Below, piece by piece: positions 8,926 through 17,233 of a stretch of DNA of 64,000 nt. Origin of the DNA: Myxococcales bacterium (GTDB lineage: Bacteria; Myxococcota_A; Bradymonadia; UBA7976; UBA1532); the NCBI GenBank assembly GCA_002731825.1, contig PCCS01000017.1:123420-187419 (forward strand), read 5' to 3'. The notes under the pieces are model-generated. The model saw only the letters and a program-made list of their open reading frames with translations. It was not told the DNA's origin and made no database searches. Every line of letters starts with the position of its first letter. Within the stretch, counting starts at the first letter, position 1. Both the position numbers and the translations under genes were made by a program.

Positions 8926-11732
8926 TAGATCAGCACCAATTTGAGACCCTCCGGCAAGGAGTCGCCAAGAAATCGGACTTCATCCTGAGTAGACAACTTG
9001 ACTATATCTTTGACCCACATCGCCATCGGACGTGTTGACTCTATCCGCTCTAGACGACCCGCGACCCGCTGCCTCAGCTCATCATTTACGTCTCTTGTCC
9101 GGTCGCCTGTCATGCGCGCGATGCTCGCAGCAGCAAAGGCGGCCTGAGAGACGTTTTGCCAATCGAGACGAAGCAGAGATTCAAGCCACTCACCGGCCAC
9201 ATCAGGGGGCACGACCAGGTGTGGACTCCCGTAAAACGGCTGGCGAGCCCCTAAGCGGGCTAGGCACCATGCTGGGCGACCCGCTTGGCTCGAATCAGGG
9301 GTCTGCTCAAGAAACCAGCGACCCCAATCGACTTTACGGTCTATTGGAATACGTTCGAGAGCCCCAACCAAGCGCGCCGCTTCTTCGGCGCCCAAATACT
9401 TGGGTTTCTTTCGATTTCGCATCTCCGGAGATGGACGCAGCCAGGGCTCTATTCGATCGAGAAGTGCGAGCTGAGCTGACCCATCTAGACCGCCTGAAAT
9501 CCTGCGCCACATGATCCACCATGCGGTCCAGGTTTCTGCATCCTTAAGGAAGTGAATCCCGGACTCAAAGAGTTTCCAGACTTCACCCATGCGCCAATCA
9601 TCAAAACCATCGCCAAAACCGGGTCTCAGACAAAAGCCTGTGAGATGGAAAAAAGTGGCCTCATGGCGTTCGCTTCGTCTCCGCCGCTTTGACCCGACTT
9701 TAAGACAGTCCCAAACGGCCCGGCAGGTCGATGCTGACCACATGTCTCGCGTCCCATCTAAGGCCTCTTCTAGACTTTTTCTAATCCACTTAATTTCTCG
9801 GGGATCTACATCTTTTCGAGGCTTGCCATAGGTCCGACGCACAATGTCTTCGATGCGGTCACGTTTGTCCGCACTCAAGGCCAGCTGAGTCTCCTTTTCA
9901 GGGTGGGTTTTTGCTGCCGTGTCCGATTCAGGCTCAGGGTCACGCAAAGAAAAATCAAGACGATATTGGCTATCCCGATCCACGCCTTGAGCAGAGACTT
10001 CAAGGATCCCGATTTCGCTCAGCTCAGCCCGCAAGGTCACCGGTACCTCTGTCACATCATCGTCTGTCTCGAGGACGGTTTGGATGGGTGGCAACTCCGT
10101 GAATTGATCGCTGTCTAAATCGACCAAGTCACCAACGGCGTCTACTCTGTCACTGGTTGTAGAAAAAAGTGAAAAACGGACCGGTCTTCCAAGAACTAAA
10201 TTAAAGACCCGGTCTGCCATCAGAACAGGCGCTCCAGGCTCTACATGCCGGGGTAGCAGACAGATCGCAGACGCCGTTGCGCGCTTCTTTTTACCAGAGT
10301 GTACGCCCACGTAATAGGCCCGCGCAGCTCCACCGCCGACCCGATGCCCAATTCCATGACGAACGAGTCCAAAGGTCGCAGCGCCCCTGGCAACCGCCAG
10401 ATCGAAACTCAATGGTTCCCAAATATCGACAGACCCCTGACCCGGCTCACGCCAAGCGGTAATGGTGTCGATAAACCGATGTCGAATCGCAGGACTTTTG
10501 AACACACCGCCATTGAGTAAAAGTGTATTAGGTACGTTCACCGCATCCCCGTGACTTTGTCGACTTAGAAAAGCCGATACATGGCGCGTGATGGCGGGGT
10601 CCTTGGCATAGGGCAGTCCCCACGCACTCAAGCCACGTCGCCCGTCTCTCGAGGGCCTATCTTCATAGTCTGTGGACGGGACAAAGCCGTCCAGGACCAG
10701 GCGTTCGACCATCTCACGCGTAAACTCGAAAGAGTGTGCACCACCAATGAGCTGTTTTCCTCGTCCGGGCACTGTGACTTTATAGGTGTCAGGTGCGCTG
10801 TTAGGGTCGGCGAGCAAAACCTCTTTTGCCATTCGGCATGATTGAACCAAACTGTTCATTCGGCCGGCATCTAAACTTTTCGACCCAGCAATCGATTGTT
10901 CCGCGACATGGGCAAGCGCAAGATCCATGTTATCGCCGCCCAAGAGAATATGATCACCGACGGCCACTCTTCGAACGGTTGGTAATGGGCCATCTTCTCC
11001 ATCGGTCCAATCGATATGGATCAGAGTGAAGTCCGTTGTGCCACCACCCACGTCGGCAACCAGAACGCGACGGTCCGACGCTGTTCGAGTCAACGCGTCG
11101 CTATTGGCCCTAAAATACTCATAGAAAGCTGCCTGTGGTTCTTCCAGCAGGACCAGGTTGTCCCTCAAACCAACAGATTTTGCAGCGTCGACCGTTAATG
11201 TCCGGGCGACGTCATCGAAAGACGCTGGGACCGTCAAGATCACGTCCTGTTGATGGAGTGGCGCCTTAGGAAAGGCGTGGTTCCAGGCGGCTGACAGATG
11301 TCTCAAATACGCCGCTGATGCCCCTAAAGGCGAATACAGACGGCCGCACTTTGAGCCCCAAGGCAGAATGTCCGCCGTTCGATCAACTCCGCCATAACTC
11401 AACCAAGACTTTGCCGATGACACCAGTCTACCTGTGGTTTTTGCACCCTGCTCCTGGGCAAATCGACCGACGACATCTGTCGTGAGCTGGTCATCACCCC
11501 AAGGAAGCCCTGTGGTCTTTTCGACATCTTGTCCACTCACGATGTACAGAAACGATGGCAGCATGTCCGCTTTGCCAATTTCGCCACGGGCGACCAGCTG
11601 AGGGATAGGGAGCGTTTTGACGGCTCGCCCGCCAAAGCGCTTTGCGCTCGCTATATTGGCATATGCAATCGCTGAATTGGTTGTCCCGAGGTCGACCCCA
11701 ATAACGTATTTTGGCTTGCGCTCACGACTCAT
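8925..11732 (-). CDS. Hsp70-family (DnaK-related) ATPase with C-terminal DUF3731-like domain
   Basis: GVDLGTTNS, TVPASFD, EEPQAA, DVGGGTTDF, GGDNMD. Tail GFCLRPGFG.GFDDWR, WWIMWRRISGGL, ARLGARQPFYG, GDSLPEGL typical of DUF3731. Likely start MSRERKPK at 11732 (ORF track 11795). Confidence 0.85.
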   Translation of the reverse strand: MSRERKPKYVIGVDLGTTNSAIAYANIASAKRFGGRAVKTLPIPQLVARGEIGKADMLPSFLYIVSGQDVEKTTGLPWGDDQLTTDVVGRFAQEQGAKTTGRLVSSAKSWLSYGGVDRTADILPWGSKCGRLYSPLGASAAYLRHLSAAWNHAFPKAPLHQQDVILTVPASFDDVARTLTVDAAKSVGLRDNLVLLEEPQAAFYEYFRANSDALTRTASDRRVLVADVGGGTTDFTLIHIDWTDGEDGPLPTVRRVAVGDHILLGGDNMDLALAHVAEQSIAGSKSLDAGRMNSLVQSCRMAKEVLLADPNSAPDTYKVTVPGRGKQLIGGAHSFEFTREMVERLVLDGFVPSTDYEDRPSRDGRRGLSAWGLPYAKDPAITRHVSAFLSRQSHGDAVNVPNTLLLNGGVFKSPAIRHRFIDTITAWREPGQGSVDIWEPLSFDLAVARGAATFGLVRHGIGHRVGGGAARAYYVGVHSGKKKRATASAICLLPRHVEPGAPVLMADRVFNLVLGRPVRFSLFSTTSDRVDAVGDLVDLDSDQFTELPPIQTVLETDDDVTEVPVTLRAELSEIGILEVSAQGVDRDSQYRLDFSLRDPEPESDTAAKTHPEKETQLALSADKRDRIEDIVRRTYGKPRKDVDPREIKWIRKSLEEALDGTRDMWSASTCRAVWDCLKVGSKRRRRSERHEATFFHLTGFCLRPGFGDGFDDWRMGEVWKLFESGIHFLKDAETWTAWWIMWRRISGGLDGSAQLALLDRIEPWLRPSPEMRNRKKPKYLGAEEAARLVGALERIPIDRKVDWGRWFLEQTPDSSQAGRPAWCLARLGARQPFYGSPHLVVPPDVAGEWLESLLRLDWQNVSQAAFAAASIARMTGDRTRDVNDELRQRVAGRLERIESTRPMAMWVKDIVKLSTQDEVRFLGDSLPEGLKLVLI

Positions 11733-13581
11733 CGCTAATGGACTGCTCATCTTGTTTGAGGCGGACATTGAACTCAAGGTTCCAGCGACCCTCACCGCTG
11801 CGCTCCACGCAGGATAGCAAGAGGGTTCCGATTTCCGTCACATCAGCACGCAAGTTCACAGCGACTCTCTGACCGGCGACCATTCCGTCCTGAGGGGCAA
11901 GGGTCGTGACAATTTCCGGGAGTTCTTCTAGCTCGTCTTCAGCCCAATCCTCCAAGATCGAACCCGGTTGGTCAGCTTGCCGGACCGATGAAGCATAGAA
12001 CCTGAACGTCGCCGATTCACCCACGTAGAGTCCAAATTCTTCCTCTGATAATTGCGCATGCGCACCTTCTTCTAAACCAAATGGTACGAGGCAGACGGCC
12101 ATCATCGGCGGTTCAAAGCCGGGGACTGCGGGCATAGCCTGTTCAACACCGACATAGTAAGACCTGGCAATGCCGCCCCGAATCCGAATGCCGCCAGCGG
12201 CCTTCACGCGACCAAAATAAGCGGCCCCCTGTGCAACGGAGACATCTAAGCTCTTGCTTTCAAGGACTTTGACTCCTGGTTGACCCGACTGGTCAAGCCA
12301 CGCATCCAGAACGTCTGTCACGCGATTACGAAGGACGTCCGCTTTCAGAACCCCACCATTAAAAAGGATGGCCGTCGGATATAAAAACGCTCGGCCGTCA
12401 TCCCCGCTCGCTTGTCTAGATAGAAAATGTGCGAGGTGCCGAGTAATGCCTGCATCTGCAGCATAAGGTAGGCCCATCTCTGAAAATCCGGTTCGTCTGG
12501 CTTCGCGGGGCCGTTCATGGATAGAACACTCGGGGAAGAAACCATCCACCAATAAGCGGGTCAGCTGGCTGCGGTTTAACTCGGCCCGAATCGTGTTTCC
12601 AAACAGTTTTGAGCCTCGACTCGGCACCACCAAGGGAACGCTATCACGCTCTAAATCCGTGAGCAGCAGCTCCTTTGCAGCACGGCAGCCCTGGGTGAGA
12701 GCTTGAAGCTGCCAACGATCTAATTTGACGCCTCGTTCCTTACTCAAATGCTGTCTTACAGAAAACGCCAATGCGAGGTCCATATTATCGCCACCGAGCA
12801 AGATGTGATCGCCCACAGCGACTCGTCTTAAGGCCAATTCACCGTTCTCTTCTTCGATGGCTATGAGGGAGAAGTCGGTCGTGCCCCCGCCGACATCGCA
12901 GACGAGAACCACATCGCCAGGTGCCAGTTGAGTTCGCCAAGCATCGCCCTGTTCGTCCAACCATGCATACACGGCCGCTTGAGGCTCTTCCAGAAGGAGT
13001 GGCCGTTCAAGGCCCGCCATTCGAGCGGCTTGTACAGTCAGGTCACGGGCCACAGCATCAAATGATGCAGGCACAGTTAAAACGACCTGCTGTTCCCGCA
13101 AGGAAGCGGCCTCAGGGCGCACATGAGCCCAGGTTTTGACCAAATGTTCTAAGTATCTTTTGGAGGCCTCGAGTGGAGAGATCTTTGGCACATCGGCCGA
13201 GGCCCCAAATGGGAGAATCTGGGCATTGCGGTCGACTCCATCATGGCCCAACCAGGATTTGGCAGATGCGACAAGCCGGTCGGGTACTTTAGCCCCATGC
13301 TCTCGTGCGAAGCGACCCACAGTAAACTGGTCATTATCTCCCCAAGGCAAAGCAAGGGCACCATCCGCAAACTCCTGCCCATCCGTCAGATAAAGAAATG
13401 AGGGCAGCAACTCTTCGGACGCTCTCTGCCCCGCATTGACGACCTGCGGAATGCCGTGGACGACCGGCTGTTCGTCTCCATCAAGCGCAGCTGATGAAAG
13501 AGCGCAATGGGTCGTGCCGAGATCGATTCCGACAGCATAGGCGGGACGCCTATCATCGGAGCCAAATTCAGGTCGGCTCAT
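11722..13581 (-). CDS. Hsp70-family (DnaK-related) ATPase
   Basis: GIDLGTTHC, TVPASFD, EEPQAA, DVGGGTTDFSL, GGDNMD, LFNGG; ATGA overlap with the upstream gene. Confidence 0.9.
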   Translation of the reverse strand: MSRPEFGSDDRRPAYAVGIDLGTTHCALSSAALDGDEQPVVHGIPQVVNAGQRASEELLPSFLYLTDGQEFADGALALPWGDNDQFTVGRFAREHGAKVPDRLVASAKSWLGHDGVDRNAQILPFGASADVPKISPLEASKRYLEHLVKTWAHVRPEAASLREQQVVLTVPASFDAVARDLTVQAARMAGLERPLLLEEPQAAVYAWLDEQGDAWRTQLAPGDVVLVCDVGGGTTDFSLIAIEEENGELALRRVAVGDHILLGGDNMDLALAFSVRQHLSKERGVKLDRWQLQALTQGCRAAKELLLTDLERDSVPLVVPSRGSKLFGNTIRAELNRSQLTRLLVDGFFPECSIHERPREARRTGFSEMGLPYAADAGITRHLAHFLSRQASGDDGRAFLYPTAILFNGGVLKADVLRNRVTDVLDAWLDQSGQPGVKVLESKSLDVSVAQGAAYFGRVKAAGGIRIRGGIARSYYVGVEQAMPAVPGFEPPMMAVCLVPFGLEEGAHAQLSEEEFGLYVGESATFRFYASSVRQADQPGSILEDWAEDELEELPEIVTTLAPQDGMVAGQRVAVNLRADVTEIGTLLLSCVERSGEGRWNLEFNVRLKQDEQSISDES

Positions 13582-14195
13582 AGCTCGATCTCCGCCGGCA
13601 TGAGCACAAAGGGGTCTGCTGCGTCCGTCAGGTCGGGTAAATCAACCTGAGATGCATACCAACCAGCATGTTCAAGAGTCCCCGTAAACGGTGGTTCCCC
13701 ACTCACATTACCCGTCAGCGAAATTCGTTGACGGTCGAATCCATCGTCTACAGTCACCTGGCTACCTTCATCACCGGGCCAGACAGGGTCAATACTCATA
13801 TAGCGCTGCATTACACGTCGACAACCACCATGCACAACCCGCGCGACCGCGCCGATCTCGGCGTCTGCATGTTGATTCAAATCTTGCATGATGAAATCAA
13901 CGAACCGACCGTCTCGCTGTAGCGCACCGATCAGTTGCAAAGCCTTCCGATCGAGAGAGATGGAAGTGACCATAGGCTCCGTATGAGTCGCTGGTTCCAT
14001 AGGAGGTACAGGCATTGTGTCAAGCTCTACTGGTGCCTCCTCGACCTCAGATGAGGGCGCTGTCTGACTGAATTCATCGGCGGAGTCAGGTTGAGTCGAC
14101 CGTAAAACGCGACCGGCAAATTCGCCATCAAAAAGGATCTTAAAAAATGCACTGAAGGCCAGTGCAATGCGTTGACCAAAGCTGGGCGTATTCAT
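13578..14195 (-). CDS. DUF2760 domain-containing protein
   Basis: LQRDGRFVDF..DAEIGAVARVVHGGCR..GEPPFTGTLEHAGW; RBS AGGAG; heads the Hsp70 pair, the usual context for DUF2760. Confidence 0.8.
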   Translation of the reverse strand: MNTPSFGQRIALAFSAFFKILFDGEFAGRVLRSTQPDSADEFSQTAPSSEVEEAPVELDTMPVPPMEPATHTEPMVTSISLDRKALQLIGALQRDGRFVDFIMQDLNQHADAEIGAVARVVHGGCRRVMQRYMSIDPVWPGDEGSQVTVDDGFDRQRISLTGNVSGEPPFTGTLEHAGWYASQVDLPDLTDAADPFVLMPAEIEL

Positions 14196-14468
14196 GCCTG
14201 ACTCCTATGGGTTTGTGAGCGATTGTACTGGGTTACCAAACCACTCTACAACGGCTCTCAACTACATGCTTGGACGTGAGTTAGTTCTGTGTCTAAGGCC
14301 CTTTATACGCGAGGAACGCGTCCGAGGCGACCCCTTTTGCGCAGGTCTGGCCTAACACCCAAGCTAGACGTTCATCTGCCTGCCGAGAATATGAGCTTAT
14401 CAGTTAACAAGAGACCGCTTTAAATGAGTCTGGGGGCCGATCCGATGCGACGTGTTTCACCAGGGCAG

Positions 14469-14957
14469 CTACGCTGCGGGTGGGCTCGGATGTCCTTGGG
14501 TCATCTCCTCTTCGGAGGCGTCTCGAATATCTACAATTTCAACATCGAAGTGGAGCGTGACGCCAGCCAGAGGATGATTGGCGTCGACATAGACCGTGTC
14601 GTCTTCGACTTTTGTAATCCAAACAGGAAAGACGTCTCCGGTCCCGGCCTGTACAGAGAATGTTGCCCCTTCAAAAAGTTGAGCGTCCTCTGGAAATGCA
14701 GACCGTTCAACAGGCTGAGGGCCTGGCTCCTGGTACTCACCGTATCCTTCCGATGGCCCGACGACAGCCACAAATTTATCGCCAGCCTGGTGTCCGCGCA
14801 TGTGTCGCTCAAGCCCCGGTACGATGTTGTTAGCACCGTGAAGGTACGCAAGCGGAGTGGACTCTCGAGACGAATCCAGCTGCTCGCCCGCATCGTTGGT
14901 CAACGTATAGTGAAAGCGAACGATTTTGCCATTGTCGACTGTAGATGCATCAGACAT
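14469..14957 (-). CDS. slyD: FKBP-type peptidyl-prolyl cis-trans isomerase, SlyD family
   Basis: Y.LT...GEQLDSS, PLAYLHGANNIVPGLE, EGYGEY, VDANHPLAGVTLHFDVEI. Confidence 0.92.
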   Translation of the reverse strand: MSDASTVDNGKIVRFHYTLTNDAGEQLDSSRESTPLAYLHGANNIVPGLERHMRGHQAGDKFVAVVGPSEGYGEYQEPGPQPVERSAFPEDAQLFEGATFSVQAGTGDVFPVWITKVEDDTVYVDANHPLAGVTLHFDVEIVDIRDASEEEMTQGHPSPPAA

Positions 14958-15291
14958 AAAAAATCCCGCCCCTGGTGCTATGAAAATTGGATCGCACGAT
15001 CCTCGGCCTAGGTCAAATTGTTCCCCACCGATTCGAGAATCAAGATGAATATCAGCAAATATGATTGGCTCAGGGCCAGACTCTATTTACTTCGGTATAG
15101 TGCCGAATCCCCCTAAATAAGGCGACTCAATCGACGACCAGCCGACCCTTTTTTTTAATCAAGGCGTTTCTTACAACATTCTTTCGGCAGGTGCGCTGCC
15201 GGCCATCAAGTCTATTTGCGGTCATAGATCACTCGCCCTTGATCAGCAGTTAAACTGCTGCTAGTCATCCACCCGCGTACAGGGGGTTTTT

Positions 15292-16554
15292 ATGCAGAAA
15301 ATCTTATTGATACTGACTGAATTCCCGCCTCGAATAGGGGGCATGCAAACCCATGCTGTTAATCTGGTCCGATGCCTGCTCAGACGACGCTTTGAGGTGG
15401 CCGTCGTTACCTATCGAGCGAGTGGTCGAGATGAAATCCACGCCATCGATGCGTTCGATACCCACTTCCCCTGCCCAATACACCGGGTTTTGTCTCGTAT
15501 TGGCCACATGCAAAACATCAGAAGGTTGATTAGACTCTCCAAAGAATTCGAACCCGATCTCATTTACACATCGACGGTCTTTTACGGAGGCGTGGGCGAG
15601 CGCCTCGGTATCCCAATGGTCGCCCGTTCTGTAGGAAATGACGTACAACGCCCCTGGATTGTATACCCCTTCTCGTTTATGTCACGGCTGACGAGCCATC
15701 CCATGCTTGAAGATAAATTATACGCATGGTTCAAGCGCTTAGATTCACCGGAATTCGTAGAAGCCGTATTCAAAAAACGCCGCCGTCAAATCATGATCAA
15801 ATCGGCGCACTGTTATCGGAAAATTTTAGCCAATAGTGAGTATACGTCTGGTCTCCTGCAGGGGATTGGTATCCCTGAAGCGCAGATAAAAACCGTGATT
15901 GGGGGCGTCGATTATGACTCGTTTTCTAGCTGTCCCTCATACTCAGGCAAGCGAAATCAATTGGGCTTCGACGAGACTGATTTCCTTCTGATAACTGTGT
16001 GTCGTCTCGTCCCCAAGAAAGGGATCGACTTTTTAATTGAGCACATGCCGCGGCTGCGTTCAGTGGTGCCAAATCTCAAGCTTCTTATCGTGGGGTCAGG
16101 TCGGAAACTGAAATCACTCAAGGCGCAGGCGACTCGCTCGGTGAACGCCGATAGCATTCATTTCACGGGTAAGATTCCACACGAGCAAATTCAACACATA
16201 TACGGGATTGCCGATGCAATGATTTTGGCCAGTCGCATCCATATAGACCCGAAAACAGGCTTACAGGATGCAGAGACAATGGGACGGGTTCTATGCGAGG
16301 CGAATGCAGCCCAAGTGCCGGTGATCGCAAGCGCATCAGGTGGGATTCCCAGTGTGATTGAACATGAGCGAAACGGCCTTCTGTTCAAGACCGACGACAT
16401 TGACTCTCTCTGTCGTCAACTCAAGCGACTCAGCCAAGATCCGGCGCTGTGTCAAACACTGATAAAAACGGGACAAAATTGGGCCCAGACGCGCTTCGAT
16501 TGGTCGATCATTATGGATGCTCATGCAGACGTCTTCAGTGAATTGGTCCTCTAA
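15292..16554 (+). CDS. Glycosyltransferase family 4 (GT-B, retaining)
   Basis: TEFPPRIGGMQTH, RLVPKKGID, ETMGRVLCE (EX7E), PVIASASGGIPSVI. Confidence 0.9.
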   Translation: MQKILLILTEFPPRIGGMQTHAVNLVRCLLRRRFEVAVVTYRASGRDEIHAIDAFDTHFPCPIHRVLSRIGHMQNIRRLIRLSKEFEPDLIYTSTVFYGGVGERLGIPMVARSVGNDVQRPWIVYPFSFMSRLTSHPMLEDKLYAWFKRLDSPEFVEAVFKKRRRQIMIKSAHCYRKILANSEYTSGLLQGIGIPEAQIKTVIGGVDYDSFSSCPSYSGKRNQLGFDETDFLLITVCRLVPKKGIDFLIEHMPRLRSVVPNLKLLIVGSGRKLKSLKAQATRSVNADSIHFTGKIPHEQIQHIYGIADAMILASRIHIDPKTGLQDAETMGRVLCEANAAQVPVIASASGGIPSVIEHERNGLLFKTDDIDSLCRQLKRLSQDPALCQTLIKTGQNWAQTRFDWSIIMDAHADVFSELVL

Positions 16555-16606
16555 CGGGTCAAAGCCCAGGCCAATCATATGGCCCCCTTGGCCAAATCGA
16601 AGCACA

Positions 16607-17233
16607 CTACAAGCGTCTAGTTCCCTTTGGTGGCCAGATTAAGTTTTTCGCAGAAACCGCATCTAAGACCACTTTAGCGATAGGATCAATCTCGCCGTCT
16701 GGGATGAGTGTAGAGTCTTCAAAATAGACGGCTATTCGTTGCGTTAACCAGGCATCAAGAGACTCTGCGAGCGGTACAACTGACAGGATTAAGTCGAGGA
16801 AAACAAGGACAACGCCCCCCCCCTCTTCTATCATCTCAAGAGCAAGCACTTCTCCGTTCGGCTGTAGCTTTGCGAAGGGAAGAAGGGTGAGTGAGTCATC
16901 GGTCACACCAGCTAACTCATTTAAGAAAGACCATTCCTCAATCACCTCATCGGGTGTCAATAAGTGAAATTGCCCGCTGGGCGCGAGGCGTGAATCAATG
17001 CCTGCGGCTTGAGCGCCTGCGGCTTTGAGAAACCATTCAAAATCAAGACCGGCTGTAACGTCCCAAAGCGGGCGCAGTGCTTGGGCAGAGTTCGCGTCAA
17101 AATGTGCTTCGAAACGTTCAATCTGCTCGGGCGATGCTGGGGCTTTCGACTCAAGCTTTGCGTAGAAAGCGAGGGGTTCAGTATTTAGTTTTTGTGCAAA
17201 TCTATCTAAGAGATTGAGCAGTTCAACTGTCAT
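16607..17233 (-). CDS. SMI1/KNR4 (SUKH) family protein
   Basis: PASPEQIERFEAHF...LRPLW...G, FHLLTPDEV, LPFA...GEVLAL, PLAESLDAWL follow the SUKH core; ATGA-coupled to the upstream gene. Confidence 0.7.
   Translation of the reverse strand: MTVELLNLLDRFAQKLNTEPLAFYAKLESKAPASPEQIERFEAHFDANSAQALRPLWDVTAGLDFEWFLKAAGAQAAGIDSRLAPSGQFHLLTPDEVIEEWSFLNELAGVTDDSLTLLPFAKLQPNGEVLALEMIEEGGGVVLVFLDLILSVVPLAESLDAWLTQRIAVYFEDSTLIPDGEIDPIAKVVLDAVSAKNLIWPPKGTRRL

Noticed and set aside
14424-15011. 195-aa plus-strand ORF
   Set aside because: Antisense shadow of slyD
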